Source: Psilocybe cubensis
Lineage: Eukaryota
Reading direction: 5' to 3'
Length of the DNA stretch: 64,000 nucleotides
Assembly (NCBI GenBank): GCA_017499595.2
Contig: CM039006.1
Coordinates: 1,302,001-1,366,000 of the forward strand
The notes beneath the pieces were generated by a model. It was not told where the DNA came from. It saw only the letters and a program-made list of their open reading frames with translations, and ran no database searches. Made by a program: the position numbers and the translations under genes. This document shows, piece after piece, positions 50,433 to 64,000 of the stretch. Numbering within the stretch: the first letter of the stretch is position 1; every line of letters begins with the position of its first letter.

Positions 50433-50681
50433 CATCACTCGGTATTATCCGGTCGGGAAACAGCGATGGTAAACGACAGAACGTACCAATTGATAGAAAC
50501 AAAGCCCAGGCTCACCGCGTCTGGAAATAAAGGAACTTTTCAACAATCAACAACTAGTTATTTAACAACTTGGACCTTGTAAAAACTACTCAAAATACAA
50601 CCAAAACCAATCCTCTGCGAGCACATCCTTGTGGGCATGTGACGTATTTACATGTTTGAAAACGGTGCATAAATGAGAGCG

Positions 50682-51578
50682 CTAAATATGTACTAGGCCC
50701 TGACCCAACGGCTCTTCAGTTAACTGTACCGTACTGACTGACTGTGATGGTCTCTCAAATGTGATTTTAATAGAAAATGGAACAAAGCTTCCCAGGCGTC
50801 TGAAAGCATCCTTTGACCTTTTGTAGGCAGTCTGCGCACCGGATCGAGTCCCGCCAGCAGCATGGATATGGCATATAATCAGAGCGACCAACACAATGCT
50901 ACTCCAAACCTTTAAAAACGTTGCGTATACAAAGAATTAGAACCTACCTTGTGATAATTGAAACAGTAAAAGATATCTTCATAAGAGCCCATGTCAGGTT
51001 TTTCCAGTTCCAACACTGAGGGTGTGGGTCATGACCCCCATACGGGCTACACCAAAGAGCATGTGGGTACTGTTTAGTGAAATGGACAGCAGATGTAATG
51101 ATACCCGCAACAAGCACGATATCGATGGCAATAGCAATGACATGGCGCTGAGGAGATACATTCCGCTTCAAAGTCGTAAGGCAGGCAGCCAGGAAGGACA
51201 AAATTATGGCAGCAAACATCTGTTTTGAGTTGTTAGTTAAAATATATGGATTATGAGCAATCATCATAAAGAGGAACCACATACCCAAATTGCAAGGACA
51301 GTGGTCACTCTCTTGGCTTTATAAAGACCGAAGTATGTTTGCAATGGTGCATGATAGAGGATAAATCGAATGCTGATAAGTAAGAAAAACGCGAAGAGCG
51401 CGATGAGGAGGCTATGAAACCTAAGGATCCTGATAAGGGCCGTGAGCCGACCTCCACATTCTTTGTTGGAATTATTGATGGGACCATAATTAAGATCCTG
51501 CGTCTCTGTATTAGGCCTCTGGATCTCTTCGCCGGCCTCAACGTCCAGGTTAAGAGGGGAATTCGACGCCTCTGGCAT
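50682..51578 (-). CDS. Hypothetical small membrane protein with about four TM helices; 3 exons
   Basis: ORFs 51264-51578, 50944-51288 and 50682-50894 join through GT-AG introns into a protein with four hydrophobic segments and a loop WC...CW. A TATATAA lies about 50 nt upstream. Confidence 0.7.
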
Positions 51579-52621
51579 TGTAGTTAGATTAGGATAGAGA
51601 AAGACTGGTTTTTTTTGTAAATTCAGTTATATAAGGTCCTGGATGATAATCGCTGCGGCTGGCACTGCGGATTTACAACCCTTACTAGACATGGGGTGCG
51701 GTTCAAAACAAATTTCACCATATCTTTGCTGCGGATGCTGAAATGCCACGTTCGCTTGTTTAAATCCGGGGAATTGTGGATCTGTGGCGGCCGATTGAGC
51801 CTTCTAAGTGCTCAAATTGATAATTGAAACCTTCCAGTTGTTGTATAAACACTCGATACGAGGTTGTACATCAGGTCACGCCCGGATGGTTCCGATGTGG
51901 GAGGCAACCAAGTCGTTTAATGCATTCAGATATCTGATTTTCCTATGACCCCAATTAATTAGTAGAAGTCATTATATTGAATCAGTCAAGGCTTTATCTA
52001 TCCAGGATATGTCATTTTATTTCCAGTTCCAGTCCAGTTCCTCTTATTCCAAGTTCTCTTTACTTGGTAGTATTGAAGTTGATTTTATTCTACCAATTCA
52101 CTGTCTGAAGGTTCAATTTGGAAATGTAGACATTATGAACTGAGATACACAAAGGACTCAGATTTCTACTGTTTCTAGCTTTCCTTACCGCTGACATTCC
52201 CTGAAAACATTTCACTAACCACAACATTGATGGTGGGAGCAAGCAACTGACAGGGATCGTGGATCGGCATTACGTCATAAATGATTTCGGCAGTCAAGTT
52301 TTTTTTAGTAATTTCGCAGGCCGCCAATCACACTCAAGTGACCGAACGCACGTGTGCCAGCACTACTGCCCACCTTGCTCGCGCTCCCTCTCGGACTTCC
52401 TTCCATCCATGTTGTGTGGTTTATTTGAACTGAGGAAGTCAAGAAGCAATTCACGATGTCAAAAAATCGCATGATCTAACTTCTGCGGCAAATACAATCA
52501 CGCCGCCCGTTGCATTTAACACGCAGATTCGTCACTACAAATGTCCCATCGTTTTCAACACAAGCCTACACGGGTTACGGGTCCAAACCACCTTTCGCTA
52601 CTCAAATCTCGTCGTGGAAGA

Positions 52622-54416
52622 ATGTGGGCCCTCGTTTCTTTATTGTCTCTCCTCGCTCTCTACGCTCGTGGAATCGTCATTCCATCCCTTCGTAAGCACG
52701 CACTGGGGAACTTTAACCCAATGCAGAGACCTCCGTGAAAGCAGTTAATGTTAATGGGTTTTGTTATGACTTTAGAGTCTCATGATGTATCGGTGCCGCC
52801 AGATTCTATAAACCCTTACCCAGGAAAGCCTCGACTATTGTTCAAGAAGGATGGTACCTTCAAAATTACTGTGTTCTCTGATCTCCACTTTGGAGAGAAC
52901 CCATGGGACGACTGGGGACCGGAACAGGACGTCAACAGTACCATTCTGATGAACGCCGTGCTGGCAGATGAAAAGCCCGACTATGTGTAAGCGCCTGTCC
53001 TACATATTCAACGGCAAACACATACCGATTATATTCCGGCAGTGTACTCAATGGGGATTTAATTACAGGAGAGAGTAAGTCTTTTAACTCTTGCAATGCA
53101 TGAAAAATAGTCTGATAGAAAAGTAGACACCTTTCGAGAAAACTCTACGTCCCTCATTGATGAGATCATGAAGCCTCTAAACGCTGCCAAGATACCATTT
53201 TCTTCCACTCATGGAGTAAGTTTGCCATCACTAAGCTGACGCTGACACTAACCTTTTTCAGAACCACGACAATCAAGCAAACATTACTCATGAGGAAGAG
53301 ATTCAACGCGAGTTGAAGGTTGCACCTCTCAGTTATACGCGCATGGCACCCAAAGGAGTCGGTGGAACCGAAGGGCCAGGCAACTATTGGGTTCCTGTAA
53401 GAAATTTTCTCAATGCCTTCATTCGGCCGGTTTAACATGACATCCTCTTAGATATATCGTGATGCGAAAGGTTTGAAATAATATTTTGCCTCATGAATCT
53501 TGAATAACTCCTTGGAATAGATCTTGCACCCATACTTGTACTTTGGTTCTTCGACTCTCGAGGTTTGTTTTCAACTCTCAACTCAACTATTCACATTTTT
53601 TTTTGCCTCTAAACCACTCCAACAGGCGGATTCTCTCCAAACCCTGACTCTGTTCCCGTACCTGATTGGGTCGACGAATCTGTTGCTGGATGGATAGAAT
53701 CCGAATCACAGGCAATGGAAAAGGCTTGGGGCCCTGCTGAGCTGCGAGGAGCTCTTGCATTTGTTCACATTCCACCGTAAGATTCACCAACAGTCCCGAG
53801 GTCAGTCTGTTGATCACTGAACACTACTCAGGCACGCTATCCAAGTCTTACAAACCAACCTGGACTCGGATAAAAATCCAGGCCTGAACGGTGAGCCTAA
53901 CTTCTACAGCAATCGCGCCAGAACGCCTCTGACATGCGGTCTCTTTGTACATTGACAGATGATATACTTGGCGACGGGTCCGTCCAGGATTCAAGTGCAC
54001 AAGGTGAAGACATTCCCTTCTGGGACGCGCTCAACTCAAACGTGAAGAATTTGCACGCCATCATTTCTGGTCACGGTATGTCCACACCTCTTTAGAAATC
54101 TTCATAGCAAAACTCTGATACCACCCAAGATCATGGCAACGAATGGTGTGCGCGGGAGTTTACAAAAGATGTTATCTTCTGTTTCGACAAGCACTCTGGG
54201 TAGATTATGATTATTGACTTCTTCAAACAGTGTGACAGACTGACATTTACCTTTACACTTAGGTATGGCGGATACAGTAGTGCAGGATGGGGCCATGGTG
54301 TTCGTAACCTCGTTTTTCACACTCCCGATCCCAAGGCAGGCGTGGAGACATGGATCAGATTGCAAGAGGGTGATACAAGGGCAAGAATCACGCTTGACGA
54401 CAACTACGGCAGATAA
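52622..54416 (+). CDS. Secreted calcineurin-like metallophosphoesterase (Dcr2 / purple-acid-phosphatase-like); many exons
   Basis: Signal-like start MWALVSLLSLLALYARG. Metal-binding motifs FSDLHFGE, LNGDLITG, THGNHD, AFVHIP and SGHDHGNEWC; ends GYGGY...TWIRL. Confidence 0.9.
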
Positions 54417-54646
54417 ACATGTCTTGACGTTTGAGCTCAAATCGGATAGTTGTTTTGTTAGTTAGGTCAATCAATCTGATCATTTAATTGTTCAAGTTGT
54501 GTATTCGTGTGTTTATTCGACCGGGAGTATAGGCTGAAATCCATGTCAATTGACTGAAAAACTCGGCTTTCTTGTAATTGAGCTTGCGCATGCAGTGTAG
54601 GAAATTGCGTACTCCAACAAAAAGGGACAGGAACACATACCCGTAT

Positions 54647-57600
54647 CTAGCATTGTCCCATATGGATGAAAGGCACCCAACGACGAAAAGAAACATGGGG
54701 CAATGATCGTAACTCCTTAACAGCAAGGTGAAGGGCATACGCTGACTTTGTCACATCAGGTACAAGTGCCTTCCCTCCGCCTTCGCCACGGAAAAGTTCT
54801 CGATAGAATGCATTGGCAATGGTAGGTCCATCTTTGTCGTTCATAGCCCTTGAAAAGAAAGCGATTATGAAAAGACAATATTGGAGAAAAAGGGCGACCC
54901 TATACCATAATGTGGCCACCACGCGTCGAAATCCACAAAAGAGCAAACTAGCGGCGATGCTCATTGCTTCATCTGGAAGGTTTATGTCTCCCATTGCAGT
55001 CTCACAGGCAAAAAGGGTAACGAGAGCGTTGTTGTTTGATAAATTCTCTTTCGTAATCCTGGAAATTGGCAGTTGTTCGCCTCCAATTTCAAGCGAGCTA
55101 TTTAATGGATCAGAAAAGCACTGATGGCCATGGCATGCAAAGTGGACTATGGTCATGTCTGCCAGGCGGCTTACAACATCCTCAGCTGCTGCTGGAGCTT
55201 CAGGAGTGCCCAGAGCAACAAGAGCGTTGCTAGGCACGTACTGCTGGATTTTCTGAAGTTCGTCCGTTGTGGCAGGTAAGGCTTGCGGCTGGATCACAGC
55301 CATCATCTGAAACGGCTGGAACGTTGTCGTTGTGGGGGGAGTAGGTGGCCCTTCAGAACAAAGCACGCATATTGTCGGAGTGTAGGAAGAAATGAAGTAA
55401 TCAAGCGCGCAGTCGATGCATTTTTCGTCATCATAGTTTCCTGCGGCATGTATCGGGAGAAAAGTAAAATGCCCAGTTAGGCACCATTGGAGAGTAGGCA
55501 AGTTTTCTGAGCGCTTCTAAAGGATGGCAATAAAATTGATCAGGAAGACATAATCTATAAGTCAAGCATACAAACTGACCTCAAACTGTAGGAAATCAAT
55601 AATAGGTTTCACCATTTCGTCCCAAAGTATTCTCAAAACAAACTTAAAAATTCCATCCGAGTCCTCGCTATCATCCAAGTAGCTTATTCCTCTTTTGTCT
55701 CCAAGAATTTTGTTTACTGCATTTCTGGTTCTATTCATTAAATCGGATTGTGGTCTCGTGGATGTTGAAACACCCATTTGCAAATTTTCGACGAGTATCT
55801 TGAGGAAAGAAGCATTTAAATTTGGAAGGGGGATGTCATGAATTGTCGTCGACTTCATAAGGAGGCAGTGGCTGCTGTCCTTGGAAGAAATGATGAGGCA
55901 GATCGGATGCTTTGAAGCGGCTGTTTGAAGGGTCGATAAGCGCGGCGGGAGTAAAAAATTTTCGAGGCCACGCAGTTTCCGAACGTTGCGCAGAATATTC
56001 TCCCATTCCTCCCCGAGGCGGTTCACGCGACTTGACTCTTGGTCTACAACTAGTCTGGTGGGGTTACCCAGACTTCCCGCTAAAATTTGTCGATGTGCAC
56101 CGTATTCGAGCTCCAGGGCTATTTCCTGAAGTCTGTCGGCCAACATTGGACCATCCGGTTCAACTCCCCTCACTCGGTCAAACGGTGAACGAAGTGAAAG
56201 AAGCTGAGACCAAAAGACACCCCGTCCTGCTTCAGAGAATTCAATAGCTTTGGTGTAATCCATGAAGCGGATGGCGCAGCTAGAGGCATCCCTGGCCAGT
56301 CCGTCGCTCCCCGTCGACGCCAAAGCTTGTTGCCTTAGCTCGATCGTCAACGTCAAAGCGGCTACTTGCGGTAAGGATTGTACAGCAGTTTCATAGGCAG
56401 TAATTACAGATTCATGGTTATACCTGTCTGCAGCGTGCGCCCATTGCTTTGAAATGTCAAAACGACGAGATGGTGATTGGTGAAGGCATTTTGTAGCTTC
56501 AGAGAAAAATAGCATGGCTTCATCGAGAACAGCCCGCTGTTGTTTGTGTTCGAAGAGTCTATAGAGGGTGTTTGCCAAGTTTATAAGCGTCATCGAACGA
56601 TTAGGGTGAGCTGGAGATTGGACAAGCAGTTCAGCCTGTCTATGTAGCTCTATAGCTTCATCCAGATCGCGCTCCTGAACGCTATGATCAAACAAAGTTG
56701 CCAAATTGACCGCCAAATTAGTAAGTGGTTGAAAACTAGCGGAAGGCGGTCGCAGTTTCAAGGCTCTCCTATCCAGAGATATGGCTTCGTCAATGTCACA
56801 CTGCTGATCTTTTAGCATGAAGCGAGTGGACAAAGATACAGCCAGGCCCTCGAGTACGGATGCATGGTCGGGATCAGAAAGTTGCTGCACTAGTTCAAGA
56901 GCCTGTCTGTGTAATCTAATCGACTTATCAAGGTTACTTTGATCAAGCGTTTGTCTGAACCGGGTTAATAGAACATTTGCAAGACTATTCAAGCAATTGG
57001 CTCGGTTGGGGTGAGGAGGAGGGTGGAGATCGAGTGCTTCCCTATGCAAAACAATGGCTTCGTCGAGGTCATCTAACTGACTTCTTTGGTTATAACGTGT
57101 CGTTAGTGAGTTTGCTAAATGGTATAATGTGGCAACGTAATTGCGATGCGTCGACGGACGCAGTTCAAGGGCTTGTCTGAAGAAGGTAATAGCATCATCC
57201 AGATCGCTTGTGGTCCCAAGCCCTTGTTCGAAGCGGATCGTGAGTGAAGTTGCAAGATCACTTAGGGAGTTCGCTCGGTTAGGATGGTTGCCAGATTGTA
57301 GTTCAAGAGCTTGTCTACGCAGGGAAACGACTTCATGAAGATCAGCTTGGGAACCCATCCCTTTACTGAAACGAGTTGACAGCACGGAGGCCATATTGCT
57401 GAGTACATGAGAACGTAGAGGATGACTAGGAGGGCAGAGTGCAAGAGCTTGCTTGATCAGGGACAGGGCGTCGTTGAGGTTATCTGTGTCACCGCGTCCT
57501 TGGTCAACGCGGAATACAAGCGCAGCTGCTAGGTTATCAAGTGCACTGGACCGATTGGAATGAGTAGGATGATACAGATCGAGGGCCTTTTTATATAGCG

Positions 57601-59182
57601 TTATGGACTCGTCGGAGTCTTGCGCATATTGTTGGCCTTGCTTGGATCTAGTCAGTAAAGCATTCGCCAAGTTAAAGAGAGAGTCGGGTGGAGGATCGGT
57701 TCCATGTTTGACTTCTGAAATGGCCGTCCTATGAAGTGATATGGCTTTATCAAGGTCGTTTTGGTTTTTTTCAATGTCAAAGCGAGCCGACAGAGCGATG
57801 GCCATATTATTTAATGTAAAGAGGCGTAGACTAGGATGAGGAGGAGGAAGTAGGTCGATATTTTGTTCATGCAAAGATATTGCTTCATCGATGTCGCTCG
57901 AATCCCCACCTCCGTTTTTAAATCGAGACCATAGCGCACACGCAAGTCCATTGATCCTAAAGGCATAGCTTTCGGTTCCACGAGCCAAGGTAGCTATCTC
58001 TTTCCTAAAAGCCTCAATGGCAGAATTTAGATCGTCGAGATTCCTCGTTTTGAAGTAGTGGTCAAAAAGCTCCTCCGCGGACTTAGGTTGTTGTGTCATT
58101 GCTGGCATCATCATTTGTACGTATCGCTTCGCAAGGTGAGACTTGGCGGACTGAAGATCGAGAGCATCACCCTTGAGGTTGAATCGTTCCACTAGCAAAA
58201 TGTAAACCTGAAAAACCAAGTTCCATGAGGTGGGGTCGTGAGTGATAGCTTCTTCTAAGACAGAAATGGCTTCACTGAGGTCACTCGCAGTCAAATCATC
58301 AGTGTGATGCTGACGCGCATATAATGCATTGACAAGGGTAGGGGAAGCAATCATACGAGTCGCGTGTTCGGCCGGAAGGTGTGGGAGTGCCTTCTGAATA
58401 TTATCGACGATACGGTTGAGAACATCAAGTGAGGTCGATTTGTGGAAGTTCCGCAGCAATCCGGTTGCAAGGTTTGCTTGAGATTCCATCTCTGAACTGT
58501 TTTCGTTGCTAACTGCAGCATCCGCCTTCATGGTTTCTCAATTGATGTCTAAACATTACCACAAAGGTACTCACCTGCTGACCTACAGCTTGGTCGACAT
58601 CGCCTACAAGTTGCAAGAACTCCATGACATCCGGCCTTTGGTTCGTATACATATACCTGACGCCCAGCGCCGACGCAAGATCATTCATAGCTTGTTTGCG
58701 CAGTGGATGTCCCGAATCCCGACTTTGGAGAACTTGCCGAAAGAGCAATACAGAATTGTCGAGGTTTGACAGCGACAGCTGTGATTTCTGTTCGGCCATG
58801 AGGGAGTTGGCGACATGCACAAGTTCATGAGCGTCTCGTGCATCCTGTATCGTAAGGGAATTGTCTCAGCATCACAATGTTCGGTATATGCATAACTTTG
58901 CAGAGGCACACATTGACAGTGAAGGGGGTCGGTTCATCAACATCTTGTTCTCGTTCTCGTTCTACCGCGGGGTTGTCGTCGACCTAGACATTTCTAAATA
59001 ACATCAACCGACAGTGATAATAGGTGACATACCGAGCTTTGAGGCATCTCTTGAACATCTGGGTTGGTAACCACACCCATCTGCGCGGCGCCTCCCGATG
59101 TCCTCTTAAATAACTTGTCAAATTTCTTCTTCAGGTCGCACTTCATAGGCCTAGGCACAAACTTCAAGAGCTTTGACGGCAT
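54647..59182 (-). CDS. TPR-repeat + CHAT (caspase HetF-associated) protease; multi-exon
   Basis: About 10 repeats of ~44 aa with consensus P.HPNR...L.NLA..L..RF......DLDEAI.LHR.AL.L. The CHAT domain has WCLTGHFTFLPIHAAG, VHFACHG (His), FACETAMGD (Cys), VVATLW and WVPFIHMG. The 5' exons are less certain. Confidence 0.92.
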
Positions 59183-60658
59183 GTCATGCTTGGTTTTGTA
59201 AAAGATTTCCGTGTAACTGTCGAAAAGTCCAACCTGTCAATTAAAGGAGAGCTATGTTAGAACATCAAGGCTTTTTATGCAGAATCCGACATCGACGGCA
59301 GTGCAATCGATTGTGCAAATTATAGAATCCGGGTATCCTCGTTGTCTGCACGAGTATGCATATATAAATTGATGCTGTGTCGTTTTCATTGAGAAGAAAG
59401 GTATAGAGCAATCTCAAGCCAAGAATGGGAGTGAAGGAGGGGGATATATAAAGTCGTCAACATCCGAGCCCAGTTCCTGGCCGTTCAATACCCTTTTCCT
59501 TTCCGGAACCTTTCGAAAAATCACATCCATAGAAAAGGAAACACGCACAGAAAAATGAAAATGCCGATACCCTACAATGTGCCCATTCTACTTGGAACAA
59601 GTACACGTTGGCAGGTGTGTTCATGATGCTCCATCCCATACATTTCACAGCTGTCCCATCATTTCAGTGACGCCGCTCGCATTGCGTTAAATGGTACGCA
59701 TAGACTGCCAGGAACGTTTTCGGAAACAGGTGTATACTGGGTAGAAGGTTGGTGAGGCGCGTTCAGATACGTAGGCGGGTTAGGGTTTGCCAATTGGCAC
59801 AAAACACAGTCACATGATGATACCTTTTCTAGTAATTTCTTTATGGGCAAAGCTGTCAATGACGTCAGTTAACCTTGACCAATAAATAGCAACTCCCCAA
59901 CTGATGCTCTGGTCGATTTGTATTATGAACGAGATGTTCGGGGGCTAGAATGTACCAGAGGCTACTAGAGGTCAATCAGAATAAAAAGATGACTCGAAAT
60001 GTTTGAGAGCAGCTGATATCGGGTCTGAGAGTTGCCGTTGCGCCTACAAATTAACTCTACAAATACAAGAAAATTTTCAGTATGCAACGCAACAATTCCA
60101 AAAAAAAAATTGAAGAGATGTTCTCGAACCTCCTGCGATGGGCGATTACACATACCATGTGGTGCTAATAACAAACGGTGCCCATGACTTCAGACGGGGT
60201 GAGCGGGACAACTCGTCCCGCCTCGCCACTAAAAATAGCTATTGCAACCGTAACAGGATGGCTTGCCCGGGGCAGTCAACAGTGATGGACCTTGAAACCG
60301 ATATTATTATTGTCGTTGCATGTGTGGTATACAATATACGATACAAGATGATGATGATATTGCCTAAACCTGAAAGAATGATGGGTTGACAGGTGAAGGA
60401 GCGTGAGGGTAGTACCAATAATTTGGAAGGATAGGCAAGGCGAACGAAAGAAGACAAAAAAAAATCTAAAAAATGCAAGGTATGTTCGGCGCATCAGCTG
60501 TAAGGTGTCTAAGAAAGCGTGGGATAGCGAGGGAGCGATATGAGCGGAGCAAGACAGCTGAATAGTCTAGGTGGGATGTGCAATGGTATAGTGGTGAGCG
60601 TAGGATACAGGTGTCGACGTGGGGTTGGGGTAAACCGAAGTAAAAGAAAGTGAAAGCC

Positions 60659-61745
60659 TCATCGACGAGCGGCTTTACCGGGGACGAAGATCCATGAGAA
60701 GGTGATAAGCATTCTGAAGCCGACACCGATTCCCAAGGTGGCAGCAGTCCCTAGTTGAGCAAGGATAGCACGTCCAACGAATGCGCCAATAAATAATGAC
60801 ACCGCAGCGATAAGCCTGTGGTCGCGCGTCATAACGCGCTGCCGGAGCTTGAACAATCTCGGATCGGACATCAGCTCAACCCAAACCGTCGTCAGAACAA
60901 CTAAGCAACAGAGATAAATACGTCACCGTCAGTGGCCCTGGCAGCAAATCAAACGGAATCAAGGGGAAATCAAGACGCACTTGTGGTTCCGAATTGCGTG
61001 TTTAGGCGTTTTCCCAGAATTCCCTGCACGCCTAAACTGGCACTCATGAATGCGAGGCCGACAAATGAGAGGGCATTTGTCCAAGCGGGGTCGTCTCTTT
61101 CGTCAGCGATGGATGAAGAAGCTGATTTCCAGAATGCAATGGCACCAGCCATTGTCAGAAGAGCCTGGATGAATGTTCCGGCGACGAGCCATATCCGCTT
61201 GTGCGCGCCAACACGATCACCGATCCTTCCAACGAATGCTCCGAGGTTGAATGAGATAAGAGAGCACAATGCTTGCTGATCAGCCCTGTGGAAGCTCGTA
61301 TCACGCAGTCCCGGAGGGCCTTCAAACAAACGACCGAGAGCGAGAGCCAGCTGTATTGCAAGGTCGATCAAACCACCATAAGAACTAGGCAGATAAGCTG
61401 AACTCACCTGGGCAAAATTTCCTGTTTGGAAACCGCACCACACGAAGATAGCAGAGAAGGAAATAACGTCGCTGCATATCAGTGAGTTTTGAAGCCAAGG
61501 TTGTATCGGGAGTCTGAAACAACGTACATGTAACCAGTCATAAAGCAGTACGCAGCCAAGGGTGCCGTCGTCTGTGCTGGGTCTACATCTGCCTTCAAAT
61601 AGTCCCAGAGAGTCATCGTGTTTCTGTTTCCCGCATGTTCTAAATCTCCCTTGACGGCCGATTCCACAATGGTTGAGGTAGCGGAAGATCGCATAGCAGC
61701 CGTATGGGCTGGCGGTGGGGTGGAGACCTTTTCTGAGGTGGACAT
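60659..61745 (-). CDS. DUF1275 / YoaK-like membrane protein
   Basis: YCFMTGY(I)D, WCGFQTGN, SFNLGAFVG, AFMSASLGVQG and FGTT.VLTTVW motifs with several hydrophobic helices, spread over about four exons. Confidence 0.85.
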
Positions 61746-64000
61746 GTTCTCCAAGTAGTTCCTAGATTCTTTCACGGTCCAAAGAATAGCTAGACGGGAG
61801 GACGAAAGAGCCCTATAAGGCGGGTGGGTGTACAGAGAAAGGGGCCGAGTTGTGAAAGTTGTGCGTCCTTTTGTGGAGGGAGTGAGCTATATTAGGACGC
61901 CTTGGCAACTTTTTTTTCAACAGCCACGCCGCCACGGGTAGCCGCTCGGCCCTGCACTGTCGGACCCTGCCCCATCCCATTCTTGTCTCTTTCCCTCTCT
62001 ATCACCGAGCGTGGAGCATGTCAATTGCTGTCTGAAAGCAACTTAGTTTCTTATTTCTACACAGAATACGTCCTGCCGAGACAGAGAAGGCTCATTAACG
62101 TTTCTCTGAATGAATGGATGGTTGAATAAAGGTCACACCAACGGATGACGCTTTCTATCGAGCTTCTGGACTGTTCTGTGGGTCCAAATCTGACCCGGGA
62201 AACACATTCTCCCCCATAGCCGCTCAATCCACGCACCCCCTTGAGCAACTCTTGAACCTCTTGGCCTCCTCGAGCAATCTGGGTCTCTGAGGTCATCGTT
62301 CATTAAGAGATGTAAATCAACAGCTACCCGTCACCGTCGGCTTCAATTGCGAGCTTGGCGTATACAGTCTAAGTAATAAACTTTCAACAAGGTTACTTTG
62401 GTCTCTCGTACGCTGTCTCTGGTCTCGTGGAGTTAGAAGCGTGCGATATCATATCCATTCTTTGCAGTGCTCGGAATGAATCTCACAGTGGTCACATACC
62501 CCAACGGTAGTTCCGCAACGTCTCATGACACCAGGCGTCCGGTTATCCGCTGCTATTACACCGAATGGTGTGTGACCATAAACACGAGTTGTAGCTAATC
62601 CTAGGTTAAAGCGCATCGTCTACTAATTGTCTAGTGAGAACAGCTATGCGTATCAAAGTTCAACGCTTGGTTGATGTAACTTGATGTGCCTTTAAGTTTA
62701 ACATACCGGTATGTTAGGCAAAGATATTCTCATATAATTCAAGGTGAATTGTTCAATTCAAATCGTTGAACTGGATTGTGAAAATGCTTTACATAAGTAT
62801 TAAATCCAAATGTACTGAAGTCACCTCACCATGGCTAGATACTCACAATTAAAGTCCTTAGCATATGCTTGGGTTGAGTAACGGTCATTACTTCAAGATT
62901 CTTATACTAAACACAACGTGAGTAGATCAGCGAGGTGATCCTCGCCAAGTACTCTACCTCTGAACAACTGACATTCCAGTCCACAATGACCTTCGAGTGG
63001 TCAATTGAACGTCTCGTCATCTTGAATTCATAATTTCAATTACACCTTGTCCTGTATAAAGTATAAGGAACACGTCCCAAACGCGGATGACATGTGGAAA
63101 TGTTGTCGTAATAATCAAATAATCCGGGAAGCCATACCCATGAAAACAAATTTTCGGCCCATAAGCGGAAGATTTCTAGGACTAGAAGCAGGCCGTTATT
63201 CAATCTCCCGGTGATGGTGGGGTAAATTTTTATATCCCATGACAAAGGTTTGAACGTTGGTATATAGGTAGCAGAGAATCACGTCTACAACATTGATTGA
63301 AGTAGGACAACACAGCGCCCAACAGTTTGAACCAAATACTCACCCAACAGAGAGAAAACCACGGGCATTGGATATCGTGAGGCATAATTCGAGGAAGTAA
63401 GCTCATAGACAATTCAATGCGGAGGCACAATGCAGCGCGCATCGAGGTTTCTGACATGTTACTTCTCGAAATGACCTCGCTCAATGAGCTCGTAGTCATA
63501 TAAACTCTGTGGAAGAACAGTCAAGACACTCATGGCAGAGAGACAGAGTTGCCAGTGCAATATCAGAAGCAAAAATAGTCATTGTTCCGCTGAGGTGCAT
63601 AGAGTCTAGACATATAAGCTTCTGGACCAGGTTCTTTTTCAGCTGGCTGCAAGAGAGCGGTAGTTTGAGTTCCCAAAGACGAGAGAGGAGCGAAGGGGTT
63701 TCAGCCTTTGATCCCAAGTTCGAGATACAGCAGATGGAGGTACATTTGTTGAGCGGTGACACGGACTGAAATCGTTTAACATTCAAATATTCGGCCTACT
63801 TTCCGCATGTCGCATTGATGTTTGTGATGATTTCGTCGGTGAAGAAAGAACGTGCAGCGGGACGGGAATAGCACTTTTTTCGGAGAATAAATATTTAGGA
63901 GGAGCTGTAACCATCTGATTTGCCGTGATGCCATCAGCAGGTCCATATGCAGGCATGACGCGTTTCACGGGGGACTTTGTCTTCCAATCACATTTGGTGA

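Noticed and set aside
62900-64000. Short ORFs at the window end
   Set aside because: No recognisable motif or consistent exon chain; this could be a truncated or decayed gene but cannot be supported from the sequence.

Overview
Eukaryotic, intron-rich fungal DNA. Introns of about 50-70 nt and the gene content (DUF6533-type membrane protein, TPR-CHAT protease, WHPD-type protein) point to an Agaricomycete mushroom. Recognisable genes are a tyrosinase, a large-subunit catalase, a bestrophin/UPF0187-like channel, fimbrin, a DUF6533-type membrane protein, a secreted metallophosphoesterase, a TPR-CHAT caspase-like protease and a DUF1275/YoaK-like membrane protein. There are also three large lineage-specific helical/low-complexity proteins and a complete, apparently very young Ty3/Gypsy chromovirus (apparently identical 362-bp LTRs, CATCA target-site duplication). 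The most unusual structure is a ~11.5-kb module (4807-16277) in which long degenerate inverted-repeat arms of ~1.5-1.9 kb enclose one ~2019-aa microsatellite-saturated gene ending in an HPD (J-domain-like) motif. Other points of note: the retrotransposon carries an unexplained four-copy domain between Gag and protease plus an extra 3' ORF, the neighbouring orphan genes appear to share a helical domain, and one of them is rich in GW/WG motifs. All alignments and splice calls were made by eye; no searches were run.
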